From: Octopus vulgaris
Lineage: Eukaryota
Assembly (NCBI GenBank): GCA_951406725.2
Contig: OX597840.1
Coordinates: 22,320,001 to 22,384,000 of the forward strand
Direction: 5' to 3'
Length of the DNA: 64,000 nucleotides
In this document: positions 37,272-51,248 of the stretch, one piece after another
How the letters are laid out: every line of letters starts with the position of its first letter
Position numbering within the stretch: position 1 is the stretch's first letter
The notes under the pieces: model-generated
What the model was told of the DNA's origin: nothing
Seen by the model: only the letters and a program-made list of their open reading frames with translations
Database searches by the model: none
Translations under genes and position numbers: made by a program

Positions 37272-38936
37272 CAGGCTCCTTTCAGTTTCCGTCAACGAAA
37301 CCCACTCACAAGGCTTTGGTTGTACCAAGGCTGTAGTAGAAAACACTCGGCCAAGGTGCCATGCAGTGGGACTGAACCTGGAACCATGTGGTTGGGAAGC
37401 AAACATCTTGCAGAATTTTTTCATTAAAAAATTTTGACAGGCTCTATAAAGCCATGATGCACTCAAGTGTACCAATCTGGCCAAAACTTCAAAGTTACTG
37501 TCAACGCTATTCTCGTTAAAGAATAATATATACACACAAGCAAGCACATAGGTGGGAAAAAAATAGTACTCAAATACCAAAGGTAGAGTAAAGTACTGTT
37601 TTATTAAAGCTGGGAAAATCTTGCCAAACTCTTACTTGGTTAAGAGATTTTGCAGCATTAACAAAAGCCATGCGAGTGGGTTTGGTAGACAGAAACTGAA
37701 AGAAGCCCATCATATATCTATCTATGTGTTTCTGTGTTTGTTTGCCACCATTGCTTGACAACCAGTGTATTGTGTATACATCCCTGTCACTTAGCAGCAG
37801 AGTAAGTACCAGTCTTAAGAAGAGAACAGGAACTAAGTACTGGGGTTGATAAGTTTGACTAAGACACCTGAAGGCAGTGCCCCAGCATGGCCACAGTCAA
37901 ATGACTGGGACAAGATAAAACATATTCATTCTCATAAAGTCATATTTGACATGAACACTCCACAGACACATGTACCCTTAACATAATTGACAGGGAGATT
38001 CAGCGTGACAAGGGTACCCCTTTGAAATACAAGGACTATTCATTTTTGCTAGCTGAGTGCACAGAGCAATAAAGTGTCTTGCACAAGGATGCAAAGTACT
38101 GCTGGGAGTTGAACTCACAACCTTACAATTGTGAGCTGAATACCCTAATCACTAGGCCACATGTCTTCAGTATGGTGAAGCTAAGTAAAATTGTTGTCTT
38201 CCACTTATACAGGCTTGTCCTTTTGGGTACTGGTCCCACATAAAAAGCACCTGTGTTGGTGCTGCATTAATGCCCCCGTGCCATTGGCATGCAAAGAGCA
38301 CCCAGCATGCTCTGTTGAGTGATTGGTATTAGGAAGGGCATCTAGCTGTAGAAACCATGCCACAACAGACAACTGGAGTCTGGACAGCTACTGGCTAGCC
38401 AGCTTCATGTCAAACCATCCAACCCATGCCAGCATGGAAAGCAGACATTAAACGATGATAATGTGTATGTGTGTGTACAGATATGGCTGTATAGTTAAGA
38501 AGTTCACTTCCTAACTGTGATCTCAGGTTCGGTCCCACTGAACCTTAGACTGCAAGGTTGGGACACAAACTTTCCAACCATGCAGGCTTACTCTGACTCG
38601 TATGGCCATGAGGGTTCCATTTGGTCCAATCAACAGAACAGCTAGTGGCTGAGTACTCCACAGGCATGCAAACTCTTACTGTAGTTTTCAGGGAGATTCA
38701 ACATGACACTGAATGTGACAACAGTGACTGACCCTTTTGCCAGCTGAGTTGGCTGGAGCAATGAGGAATAAAGTCTTGACCAAGGAATCAATTTTCCACC
38801 AGTAATCGAACTCACAACCTTACAATATTGAATTGCCTTCACCAACTACATAGCCATTTCCACGCCTGTGCCTATATATGTATGTGTATCTATGCATATA
38901 TATATATATATATATATATCTATCTATCTATCTATC

Positions 38937-38970
<34 letters not shown>

Positions 38971-38975
38971 CATAT

Positions 38976-40741
38976 CAGTGGTGACTCCAGCACTCCGACT
39001 GTTCGGGCTTAGCCTGAGTATAAATTTAGTAAAGTGAACGTGTATTTGCAACAAGCTGATTGAATTTCTGCCAACACAGACTTCAAGTATGTAATTACAG
39101 CCAATAACTCAGGCTCCTTTTATTGAACCTGGTCGCAGTTCATTTATTTTCATTCAGTGTTTGGCAGTCATCTTAGAGATGCTCTGTGTCAACAAATATC
39201 ATATATAGCAGACATTCTCTCAATATAGAAATATGGCAGAAAAATGTAAAATTCTTTGAGCTGGCAGACTGGCTCTCTTCATTGAAAGCTAAACTGAAGC
39301 AGTTAACAAATGCAGTGTTATATCGGTAAACAAGAGTTGCCTTTACGTGGACATGATTAAAGAAGTGACAGCCTTAATAGAGGAAATTTCTGTGAATTAT
39401 TGCAGTGCTTTGCTGAAATCGAAAACTTGGTAACTTCGAGACCTTCTACTAAAGAGGACTTGAAACAGTTTCCAGGAGTCTCAAACACAATATAATCCAA
39501 TACAAGCAATTGGAAATCTCTGATGAAATTATAAGCAAAGTTAATAAAGCTCCATTTATATCTGTGCAATGCATGCCCAACTGTCGATCATAATGAGATA
39601 TGTATATGAAGACAAAACAGGAATGTCAGTATTCCATCACTGTTTGAAACAAGATGGTGCTATAGATCAAGAACTGTGTCATCCATAAAACTATTGCATA
39701 AAAACTTGGAAAAATGTCTTCACAAATATTCTAGGCTCTAGGGATGAAGGTACACTTTGTCAAACAGATAATTTCTGGCAAAGTTGAATGATTTCACATT
39801 CATGTTGCTCATCAATTGCTTTCATAACATACTTTCTCAGGCTGGAAAAGTCTTTGATATCCTACAGTGTAAGCTACTCAACATAAAGCGTGGTCAGAGT
39901 AAACTTCATTCCTTGTGCTGAATGTTATTGTAAGGATGAACATTATGAAAACATTCTGCGCAATACAGCTGCTGTCGTTGAACAGGCAGATGAGTCCAAT
40001 CCTTCTCCTAGAAAGAGTCAGAGGTGCACAAATTAATCACAAAACTACCCATTTTGAAATAATTGATAACATCCTAATGTCCTTACGAGACAGGTTTTCT
40101 TGAATTCAGGAGTATTTTTGAATTACCAGATATTAATAAGTTTGAAGAGTTTTCTTACTCGTATTCCATGCAACATATGGACTCTCTAGAAACCGAGTAT
40201 CCCTGTATTTTTGACTGCAACAGCTTAGGGAATGAGCTAAAATATATTTCTGTTGACAGTGATTTCAAAAAGTGCAAATCAATCAACGCCTTTTTAGAAT
40301 TACTGTATAAATTGGAGTCAACTTCCGCTATGCCAGAATCTGTTAAACTAATTAAGCTAGTGCTGACCATCCCGTTAACATCAGTCACTAATGAGAGAAG
40401 TTTCTCAATGTTAAATAGAATCTGCTCATATGTGAGAAGCACAATGGTCCAAGAATGGCTGTCTTCACTGGTTTGTATTTCCATCAAGAAATCATTTTGA
40501 ATGACTTGGACAACAAGATGGAGCTGCATGAGAGGATTTTCCATAAAACCAAGACGACTCATGAGTTCATGTCTAAATGAAGTGAGTAATTTTTATGTCA
40601 AAACTTTATTTCTGTCTTACTGTGAAATTATCAGTGCACATATAAGTCTCTGGGGTGCATCTCTTAGCTTCTTTTATACATGTGTCTTATGCAAAATCTC
40701 TGATGGACCCGAGTGACGCTCATGACCTGGAGTTGTCTCTG
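38976..40741 (+). mobile_element. Decayed hAT (ZMYM1/DUF4371-like) DNA transposon
   Basis: QELPLRGHD*RSDSLNRGNF near 39330-39390; C-terminal dimerisation motif LTIPLTSVTNERSFSMLNRI..RSTM near 40360-40450; imperfect TIRs CAGTGGTGACTCCAG / CTGGAGTTGTCTCTG (11 of 15) set in TA microsatellites. Confidence 0.88.
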
Positions 40742-41510
40742 ATATATGCATGTATATATCTGTATGTATATGTGTGTGTGTGTGTATATGTATGTATGTG
40801 TGTATATATGTATGTATGTGTATACATATATGTATGTGTATATATAGTCATCATCATCATCAAATATATTTATATGTATGTATAGGTTTATATATGTTTG
40901 TGTATGTATATATATATATATGTGTGCGTGTATATATATATTGAGAAAAAAATCCTTTTATTTCTTCATTATTATTAGTGCTTTCATTCCTTTGGGTAAA
41001 AGAAAATACAAGAGAGTCAGTTTAACTGATTTTATTCAATGCATTCCCCTCTTAGATTCACACACTTATTGCAGCGGTCCTTCAGTTTTTCTAAGCCCTG
41101 TAAAAGAACTTGGATGTTTGGGCCTCCAACAAGGCCTTATGCGACATCCTTGAAGCCAGGAACTTTTCAGCACTCCACTTAGGTGTGTGTGTGTGTGTGT
41201 GTGTGCTTAATTTCAACGTTCCACATTTTAGTACATTTAACTTGAATCACATTTATTATCACTTGAGCACCTGGTAACAACCTGTCTTATCTTTTCATTG
41301 TCACTCACACATACACACACACATATTAATACATACACTCACACATACTCTATCACATTGCCTCTACCTTGCTTTCATTTTTTTACACACAAACACACAC
41401 ACACACAAACACACACATGCATACATTGATACAGTGTAACTCACAGTCACACATAGACTTTCTTATCACAGTCTGACTCAACGTATCAATACATCAGTAC
41501 ACTCACACCT

Positions 41511-41544
<34 letters not shown>

Positions 41545-44500
41545 CTCTAACTCTTCAATAATATCACATCTCTGTTCTTGACCTCTTCCACAGCCTCCAC
41601 CACCCAATTAGACATATCCCACCCATCCACCCATGCCATTAGCTATCTCCTTCATTATGTTTCTTTCTTCCTATATCATCATTTAATGTCTGCTTTCCAT
41701 GCTGGCATGAGTTGGATGGTTTGACATGGAGTTGGCTAGCAGGGAGCTGTCCACACTCCAACTGTCTGTTGTGGCATGGTTTCTATGGCCGGATGCCCTT
41801 CCTAATGCCAACCACTTTACAGAATGTGCTGCTTGCTTTTTACATGCCACCAGCATTGGTGCATTAATGCAGCAGTGGCACGGGTGCTTTTTAAGTGGCA
41901 TCAGCACCTAAAACGACAAGCCTGTATGGGTGGAAAACAGCAAATGCTTTTTTATTATTATTATTATTATTATTTTCTCGAGGCTTTGGACTCCTAAAGC
42001 TGGTTACTCTGTTTCCATGCTGTATAACTGACTAGTATGAAGGTGCATGGTTCAGTGGTTTGAGCATTGGACTCACAATCATGAGGTAGTGAGTTTGATT
42101 ACCAAACCATGATGTGTGTAGTGTTCTTGAGCAAGACACTTTGTTTCACGCTGCTCCAGTTCACTCAGCTGTAGAAATGAGTTGCGATGTCACTGGTGCT
42201 AAGCTGTATCAGCCTTTGCCTTTCCCTTGGATAACATTGGTGGCGTGAAGAGGAGAAACTGGTTTGCAAGGGAAACTGCTGGTCTCCCATACCCAGCCTT
42301 GCCCAGACTTGTGCCTCAGAGGAGAACTTTCTAGGTGCAATCCCATGGTCATTCATGATCGAAGTGGTTCTAAGATTATTGACAGATATCACATTTCCCC
42401 TGAATGAGGTCCCAGTCCATTGCAAAGTTGAAGCCCAGTGATTTTGAGAGGAGGGGATTAGTAGACTACACCAACCCCCAGCACTTAATGAATTTTTATC
42501 AATCTTGAAAGGATAACAAGCTAAATTGACCTTGGCAAGATTTGAACTCAGAATGTAAAGAACTGGAAGAAAGGCCACCAAGCATTTTATCTCACATACT
42601 AATGATACTGCCAGCTCACAGCCTTTGACCCCATCAGGATTTGAACTCAGAATGTAAAGAGCACGAAGATATGCTTCTCAGCATTTTGTTACACTTGCTA
42701 ATAATTCTACCAACACACCTATTACATACCATATTTTCTGGCGTATAAGTGCAATTTTTTCCCCCAGATTCCTTCACAAGTCCCCCTGCATCATATATGT
42801 TGATGGTCAGGATTTGGGTAGATTTGGTTAGTGTTATTAATGACGGACAATACTGGTGATGGTGGAAGTCAGTGGTGATATTTGGTTAATGTAAGTATAG
42901 CTGCCATAATAGGTGACCAAAAGGTTTCAGTCTAAATTTTCATGGTTTCTATGCATGAAATCATGTGAGATCGTCAGCTTGGGGATTCAGGGTCTGCTGC
43001 AGTTTCCTTCCTGCAGATTAGGTCTGCTAAAATTGGGATGCATCTCCGAATACTTAATAATTTTCAAGTGACTGCAACCGTGCTAGTAATCTCTGTCCCC
43101 TATTTGCTTTGTAGGTCCTTGATTTCATGTTGGATGTCTCTACGATCACCAATGTATCAATTATCTCAATGTTGTTGAATGCTTTTTCATCCTCTATTAA
43201 GGTGTAAAAGCCTTCACAATATTATAACTACTCATATGCCTTGGTGTTTGATATGATAGTAGTAAGCAGTAAAGCCTGCATTACACTGCCTCCAACGCTA
43301 CACTGTGCAAAAGGATACCACCACCACCAATCTGCCACTAACCCTACCCCACTCTACTACTACAACCCTCATGCTCACCACCACAAATCCGCTACCACCA
43401 CCACTACTACTACCTTAACTACCATCACCACCACCATCACTACTACTACCACCAACACCACTCTCGTAGTGATCACCATACACTCATACACAATACAATT
43501 TACAACACTGCACTGTGCTATACAACATTACATGACACTGCATCACCTCCAACATCACACCACCAACTACACCATTGCACCTCTCTCAGTCCCTTCAACT
43601 CCCACCACCACACACAGACTAAATGTTATCTTGTTGTTTGTTTCATAGTTGGCAGCATTTTGTCCAAGGGTTAATAAAATAAGTACCAGTCGAGTAATTG
43701 ATTAACCTCCTGGCCCCCAAGTTTTCAAACCTTGTACCCATATAGGAAAGGGTTACTTACGTTCAGAGTTTTTGCTTTTCAATGAGTAAAAGAACGACAA
43801 GAGCAAAAGGTGTCCATCAGAGTCAGATGGAACTATTGATGCCTCTCACTTGCAATGACTGTCTTCATTTTCAGCAGAACAGGAAGAAGGAATCAAAACC
43901 CCTAAGCAGATACATGATATCAAAGGAAGGACTGCCTAGAGCAGGGTTCGGTGAAAGCACGTGGTTAAGTGGTTAGGGTGTTCGACTCATCATCAATAAG
44001 GTCACGGGTTTGGTTTCTAGCAGGAACAAGGACGATTATTATTATCCCTCAGTGATCGTTTTTATTGCATGCTTTCACTGCTTAACCAAGTACATTCACA
44101 ACAGAAGAGAGTTTTAATGAGTTTTGTAAGATGCTATAGTAATCTAAATAGTGATGATCAGATATCAAGGAAAACCAGTTATTGGGAAACCCTCTGACCC
44201 CAGAAATGCCAGATATGAGGGAGTTCACTGTATACAGATTATATATTTTCAAATAAACTTTTGAGTCGTTTCTGTATTTAATTCTATATTTATAATTTTA
44301 TTATTTAATGGTAGAGGCAAACTGGCAGAATCGTTAGCATACTGGACAAAATACTTAATGGCATTTCATTCATCTTTACATTCTACTGATATTGACTTTG
44401 TCTTTCATCCTTTTCAGGTCAGTAGGATAGGTATCAGTTGAGCACTAGGGTCTTTCCACTGCCTTAAAACTGCTGGCCTTGTGCTGAGGTTTGAAACCAT

Positions 44501-46530
44501 TACCTATGGCACAGGCATGGCTATGTGTTTAAGAAGTTTTCTTCACAACTGCATGGCTTCAGGTTCAGTTCCACTACACAACACCTTGAGCAAGTGTCTG
44601 CTACTTTAGTCCCACTTTGACCAATACCATGTGGACAAATTTGCTTGACAGAAAATATGAAAGCTGGTGTGGTGTATATATATATATGTGTGTTTTAGTG
44701 TTTATTCCCACCACCGTCTTTTGCTTGACAATTGTTGTTGGTTTGTTCCTCTATGTTACCTGTCCAGCAAAAGAGACCTATCGAATAAGTACCAGTGGGT
44801 CTGAACCTAGAATCACGTGGTTGAGAAGCAAAAATCTTACCATACAGCCAAGCCTGTGTCTATATATATTCATCAGCTTTGAGGTTCCGGTTATGTATTT
44901 TACTGCATGTTTTTTTTTTACCATACTTAAGTCACTTATTACTTTCGCCTTAGCAAAGGTGGAGGTATTGTTTTCAGTCGTGTTGTCCATGGACAAGACA
45001 TCTCAAGAACCACTGGATGGATTCGGATTAAACTTCCAGGGAAGTTTGGCCTCGTGACTGGCACAAACTGATTAGATTTGGGGATCAATCTGGTACCAGA
45101 CAAGGATTCTGGATTAATCTCCCTTTAGGCTGTTTCCAAAGTTTTATTTTCATTTCTTTATTATTAATTTTACTTGCATCTCTATCTTAGTAGAAGCTGA
45201 TGGATAAAGAAATCAAACTACATAAACAAATGGCAGCAAAACCGTTCAGAAATTAAATAACATTAACATATTTTTATAATATATATATTATGTCAGTGCC
45301 TCCTGACTGGTCCTGTGCTGGTGGCACATAAAAAGCAACATTCGAGTGTGATCACTGCCAATGTTGTCTGACTGGCTCCCATGCCAGTGGCATGTAAAAA
45401 GGCCCCTCTCAGAGTGGTTAGTGTTAGGAAGGGCATTCAGCTGTAGAAACCTTACCAGATCAGATTGAGACCTGGTGCAGCCTCCTAGCTTGCCAGTCGT
45501 CCTCAGGAATCATTTTGTATGTCTTTATGTTCTGAGTGTGAAAGTGCATAGCTTAGTGGTTAGGGTATTCGGCTCACAGTCACAAAGTTGTGAGTTCAAT
45601 TCCCAGTGACATGTTGTGTCCTTGAGCAAGACACTTTACTTCACATTGCTCCAGTTCATTCAGCTAGCAAGAATGAGTTGTACCTGTAATACAAAGGGGG
45701 CCAGCCCTGTCACACTCTGTGTCCTGCTGAATCTCCCTGAGAACTACGTTAAGGGTACACGTGTCTGTGGAGTGCTCAGCCACTTGCATGTTGATTTCAC
45801 AAGCAGGCTGTTCCATTGATCGGATCAACTGGAATCCTCGTCATCATAACTGATGGAGTGTCAGTAGTAGTTATGTTCTGAATTCAAATTCTGCTGAGGT
45901 TGACCTTGCTTTTCATCCCTTTGGAGGTCAATAAAGTAAGTATCAGTCATGTACTGGGGTCAATATAATCAACACACCCCTTCTCCCTAAATTTTAGACC
46001 TTGCACCGGTAACCAGAAGGATTATTATAGAAATTGTTTCCATCTTCAGACTTCTCTTGAAAACTGCTTAGAATCCATACACGTGTGTAAACAGTGGGAG
46101 CATAATAAAATTGATTACTCCATTGCTTGGATTGAACTCAGAAACCAGACATCATGCTTTGTTAGTTTTAGTTGTTGGTTTGTTGTAACATATTAAGTCA
46201 TGTTTCAGTTGTTAGAAACATCAGTATTTGTGGTAGAGTTTTATGTCAATGCCTAACGAGAATATAAATATCATTGAGATAGGTTAAGATAAATTAGATT
46301 TAGGGAGGTGAAGGGAAAGCTCCATTTGACCGAGAAACCTTTACCAGGGGGCATAGGGAGGAAAATGTGAAGGCGGTAATGGTGGTGGTGGTGGAGGAGT
46401 GGTTTTGGTGTTGGTAGTGGAGGATGTAGTGGTAGTAGTGGTGGTAATTGTAGTAGTAGCGGTAATGCTCGCAGAAAGAATACTTTTTATAAGTCTTTGT
46501 GCCTTTATCTGAAGTTTTTAATCTTAACTT

Positions 46531-46818
46531 TTATAGTGGTTGACTTCTGGGTTTTCTTTCCTTTTTTTCATCTTCTCCATCCTCATCAGCCTTGCAACAA
46601 TAGTTTTCGATTATGTCATCCAGGGTGTCAATGTGTGGTCTTATGAGCATATAAGATCGGATGAATTCATTCTTCTTCCGCTCTATCTGATCAATGGTTC
46701 TGTGCAAGCCATTGTTCCTCAGTGCAGCAGTGATGATGTTGTTTGGCGGATCGGCACTGGCAATCGTCCATTCTCGCAGCAGAAGATTCAATTCTTTCTT
46801 CTCCCACTTTGGTGCCAT
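46531..46818 (-). CDS. Small 95-aa ORF with Myb/SANT-like (trihelix) DNA-binding pattern
   Basis: W-x3-E-x3-LL-x2-W ... I-x3-L-x3-G-x2-RT-x2-QI-x2-K-x7-Y pattern, acidic/basic tail, aagATGG start context, no stops, ATTAAA just after the stop. Confidence 0.55.
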   Translation of the reverse strand: MAPKWEKKELNLLLREWTIASADPPNNIITAALRNNGLHRTIDQIERKKNEFIRSYMLIRPHIDTLDDIIENYCCKADEDGEDEKKERKPRSQPL

Positions 46819-47202
46819 CTTCGTTTTTTAAACCCAGAGGGGGAGTAGAGAGTAGAGAGGAAGTGAGAGATAGAGGGAGGTGGAAAAGAAGAAACACAGA
46901 GGGGGGAATAGAGAAAGAGATGAGGTGGGGTGTTAGAGAGACAGAAGGAGGTAGAGGAAGGGGAGAGACAGAGTGAAGGAGAGGAGGGGAAGAGAAAGAG
47001 AGACAGGAAAGGATGAAGGATGTAAGAGAAAGGGAGAAACAGTGTCTTCTCCTATAGCTTTTGGCCAACCAAAGATGAACGGTGAACTTTATTCTCCTGT
47101 CTGTAGTCTTCTATCTACAGTTTTACTCTTTGTTCTTCTATCTACTATTTTATTCATTATAAGCTGTGAATTTTCCAGTCTAGAACTTTCATGCATACCT
47201 TA

Positions 47203-47276
47203 TCTCTGATGACGGTTTACCCAGTGTACGGACACGCTGGCCTGTCACTTGGGATATCCCAGAAACAGCTGTAAGA
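47203..47276 (+). ncRNA. Minimal type I hammerhead ribozyme (Penelope/retrozyme type)
   Basis: UCU CUGAUGA (47206-47212), stem II cccagug/cacuuggg, GAAAC AGCU GUA (47262-47273) AGA; stem I UCU/AGA; palindromic stem III. Confidence 0.75.
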
Positions 47277-48221
47277 CTTAAAATTCACCTTACCCTAATT
47301 AGATATTCTAAATGACTTGAGATATTCATCCTGCCTTTGTTTTCGTTGTCCTTTTCCCTCTGATATAATATATATTGAGACCCCCTTCGGTCATGACTGA
47401 CCGTGGGATTGCACCTAGAAAGTTACCCTCCCAGGCACAAGTCCGGGCAAGGTTGTTTATGGAAGACCAGCAGTTGCCCATCCATACCAGCCTCCCCAAG
47501 GGAAAGGCAACAGCCGATACAGCTAGGTACCTGTGATATCACAACTCATTTCTACAGTTGAGAGAACTGGAGCAATGTGAAATAAAGTGTTTTGCTCAAG
47601 AACACAACACGCAGCCTGGTCCAGGATTCGAACTCACAACCTAACCACTGAACCGTGCACCTTTACACAAATATATATACATACATATACATATATATCT
47701 ATTTTAGCCTCAGGTCAACCAAAGCTTTGTTAGTGAATTTGATAGTGAGCCATCATGTGTGTGTGTGTGTGGGTGAAAGTGCTTGTCTCCTTTGATAGAT
47801 GGGAGGGAATATATATATAAATAAGTGTATATATATATATATATATATATATATTCTTTTAATCTTTTAGTTGTATCAGTCATGCTGGAACACCACCTTG
47901 AAGTATTTTAGTTGAACAAATCAATTCCATGCCTTATTTTCTAAGCCTAGTACTTATTCTGTCAGCCTCTTTAGCTGAACTGCTATGTTACAGGGACCTA
48001 AACACACCAACACCGGTTGTCAAGTGGATATTGAGGGACAAACAGACACAAAGATACACACACATAGATATATACGTACATATATATGACAGGCTTCTTT
48101 CAGTTTCTGTCTACCAAATCCACTCACAAGGCTTTGGTTGGCCCAAGGCTATGATAGAAGACACTTTCCCAAGGTGCTACGCAGTGGAACTGAACCCGGA
48201 ACCATGTGGTTAGGAAGCAAG

Positions 48222-48370
48222 TTGGAAGTACAGTAAACTTTAAGAGTAATCTTGATGATGAAATCAATGTTAGAATATCTAAGGCTCCAAGTGCTTTTGG
48301 AAAACTTTCCCATCGTTTGTCGGATGAACATAGTGTCAGTCTGAAAACTAATGTATATACTGCTCTACAT
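48222..48370 (+). mobile_element. RTE/BovB-like LINE reverse-transcriptase fragment
   Basis: GSTV..NLDDEINVRISKAPSAFGKL..VSLKTNVY matches the RTE post-RT motif DxEIxxRIxKAxxAFGxL. Confidence 0.75.
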
Positions 48371-48752
48371 CTTAGAGTGTGCTTCTTAAAGATTTGTTTT
48401 TTTTCCTACAAACGATATATATATATTGTTATATTTCGGAATGGTCATATATAGATAGATAGATCAGATATATACACACAAACACATGTATATATACATT
48501 TAGAGGCACAAGCGTCTAAACACAGAAAAATGTTCTGAAACTCAAGTAGATTGTAAATATTGATTGTACAACCGAGATGTACCTCTGTTAATTCATGCAC
48601 ACACACACACATACGCACATATTGACAAGCTGTATATACACACTTATAGATATGTTTTACACGAAACAAGACTTTAAGGACAGTGACTTGAAGGTTTCAT
48701 AATCTGCGTAAAGTCGCGCTTACATAAGATTGTGCGTACGCGCTCGTATGTA

Positions 48753-48788
<36 letters not shown>

Positions 48789-49631
48789 TGTACCGACGCG
48801 TCCATGCTTGCAAATGTGTGTATGTACGCGCTCATATATGTATGCGTGTATGTACGTGTTTATGCTTGTTTGTATGTGTGCGAGGGACATAGAAAGAGTT
48901 TGTGTGTGTATGTTCTCGTCCATGTAGGTATGTGAGGGAGGGAGAGAGAGAAAGAGAGGGTTTTGTGTGCGTACCCATCCATGCATGTATGTATATGTGT
49001 GTGTGTGTGTGTGCTGTGTCCTTCTCACTTCCTTCAAACCACCTTTCTGACATTCTTATCGATTATCTTCCACAAGGTTGAACATACACACATTCATTAA
49101 CATACACTCAGTCATTCACACCTGTATATTGTAACTCATACACACACTTACACCCATGTTAACTTGGAAGGGTGGAATTGTGAAAGAGCTTCTGCTAACT
49201 GTCAGCAATTTAATAAAAGCGCGCATCCATGCATGTGTGTGTGTGTGTATCCGATGTGTCTCAGTCTCTTTGTATGTATGTGTGAGTGTCTGCCTCTATA
49301 CTTATGTATGTGTAAGTTGAATTGGCAGCGTCCTTTGCGCGTTAGATAGACTACTTCCCGTTATCTGTTTGACTTTATGCGTTCTGAGTTCAAATCTGAT
49401 CGAAGTCAAGTCTACCTTTCATCCTTTCTTGCGTTTATTGGCGGTAGTGGTGTTGCATAAGCTATGTCTGTACCGTACAGGGTGGCTACTTTATATATAT
49501 ATATATCTGTAAATGTAATATGTAACAATTATTCGGTAGCCATGATAAAACTCCGAGTTTCGGATGCCGAGGGGGAAATCCACGCCGTCATCTCTTCAGT
49601 TATCCGGCCATCGGAAATATACCACTTTTAT

Positions 49632-49674
<43 letters not shown>

Positions 49675-50949
49675 TGTATCGAACCAGTATTGCTTTGGAT
49701 GACACCATCCCTACATGAGGCTAACGTAACCTCTAATCGAATCACACACACACGTGTTCGCTGTAGTCGAAGGTATATAACATTTAAGTAAGGACGCAAA
49801 ACGCAAAATGTCACAAACAAGCAGAACAGTGAAAAAGTTGTGCAAAGATGTCTTGCAGTATCGGCCTCAGTGAGAGGGCGAGACTTGCATGAAGGAGTAA
49901 CTGGCCATCTTAATCAAAATTTCTTGCACAGGCCTGCATATACATGTATTGATGCATTATATATTAGTCTCAATTTTTGCACAAAGCCAGCAATTTCAGG
50001 AGGGGTTTACGTTGATATAACATCGACCCCCTTTTCAACTGGTACTTATTTTATCGACTCAGAAAGGACGAAGGACAAAGTCGACCGCAGCGGATTTTGA
50101 ACTCAGAATATAAAATCGGAAGAAATACCGCGAAGCATTTTATCCGGTGTGCTAATGATTCTGCCAGCTCGCATAAGATATAAGGGTCTAGGAGTAATGA
50201 TTAATGCAGTAGAGGTGAAGATGAGAAGAGATGAGGGAAACCGGCTCCGAAGAACAGAGAGAGAGAGAGAGAGCACTTAAGTGGGTCCGGATATTTTAAG
50301 TGTATTTATTCGTGACTTTAGAGTAATCAGACGTGTGGCATTTGTTTGGAGACAGCCGACAGTGTCCCTATTTGTGATGACAATTCTATAATAGATGAAT
50401 AAGAACTCCCTTGTGAAGCTCACTTAAGTTTTACAGACGTCTGTAGTCCATGGGAGAATGTAGTATATGCTAGTACTGAAGAAGAAACCGAAACTTCGAA
50501 GTGCTGCCGAGGATCTTTCGTTGTATATAATGGAGAGCTTCAAAGTAAAAAGGAAACAGCTGTCCAGTCATCACGCATCAGACTTCAACTTTCAGTTCCT
50601 GGATGTCGGCGATGCAATGTTACACACAAATAATAAAATTGATGTGGAGTTTTATCAAAACGTAAACATCGCACCATGCATGGAACACGAGTTTCTTCTC
50701 AACTTATGCAAGAATGGTTTAGCAATTGTTTTCCTTTCACTTTCTTTTGTTTATCGTTTAGTCAGAAGAGAAGGGCAAGCACACGACCCTTTTTTTTTAT
50801 AGGGCCTCCGAGACTGGTGGGAGGTAGAAAAGTTTCTTTAAATTGGAAATCTAGTTTAGATGTTTGCAACAGAAAGGAATCCGCTGAAAGCATCCAAATG
50901 GTGGCATTAAACAGGAACGAAGAGTGTGTACCGCTCATTATCTTTGGAA

Positions 50950-51248
50950 AGATCTCCAACGCAGTTTTCGCTAGAGAGAGGTGTTTATGTATGTGGTGTA
51001 CGGTATGTGCGCGCGCACGAGAGGTGCTGTTGTAGTGGTGGTGGTGGTTGTTGCGGTTGTGGTGGGGTATAATTCTGTGTTCGACTGACGTCTGTGTTCT
51101 GTGAGTGGTCGATAGCCGCGCGTGGTAAGTCGGATCCAGTCTCTCTTAAAAGCTCCCACACAGCCCCAGACGGTGCTTTGTTCCAATGACAGAGATGTCA
51201 CGCTTTCTTGCCGGCCAGATTTTCTCTCGTTTTATGAGAAAGGTAAAA
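50950..51248 (+). promoter_or_regulatory. Candidate CpG-rich promoter and non-coding first exon
   Basis: Unique CpG-rich sequence (gcgcgcgcacg, ccgcgcg, gccggcc), CRE-like TGACGTCT near 51087, donor-like AAG|GTAAAA at 51242/51243 followed by T-rich sequence. Confidence 0.35.

Noticed and set aside
43241-43648. Thr/His-rich mucin-like ORF
   Set aside because: (ACC/ACT)n low-complexity tract with non-ATG start and no splice or domain support.
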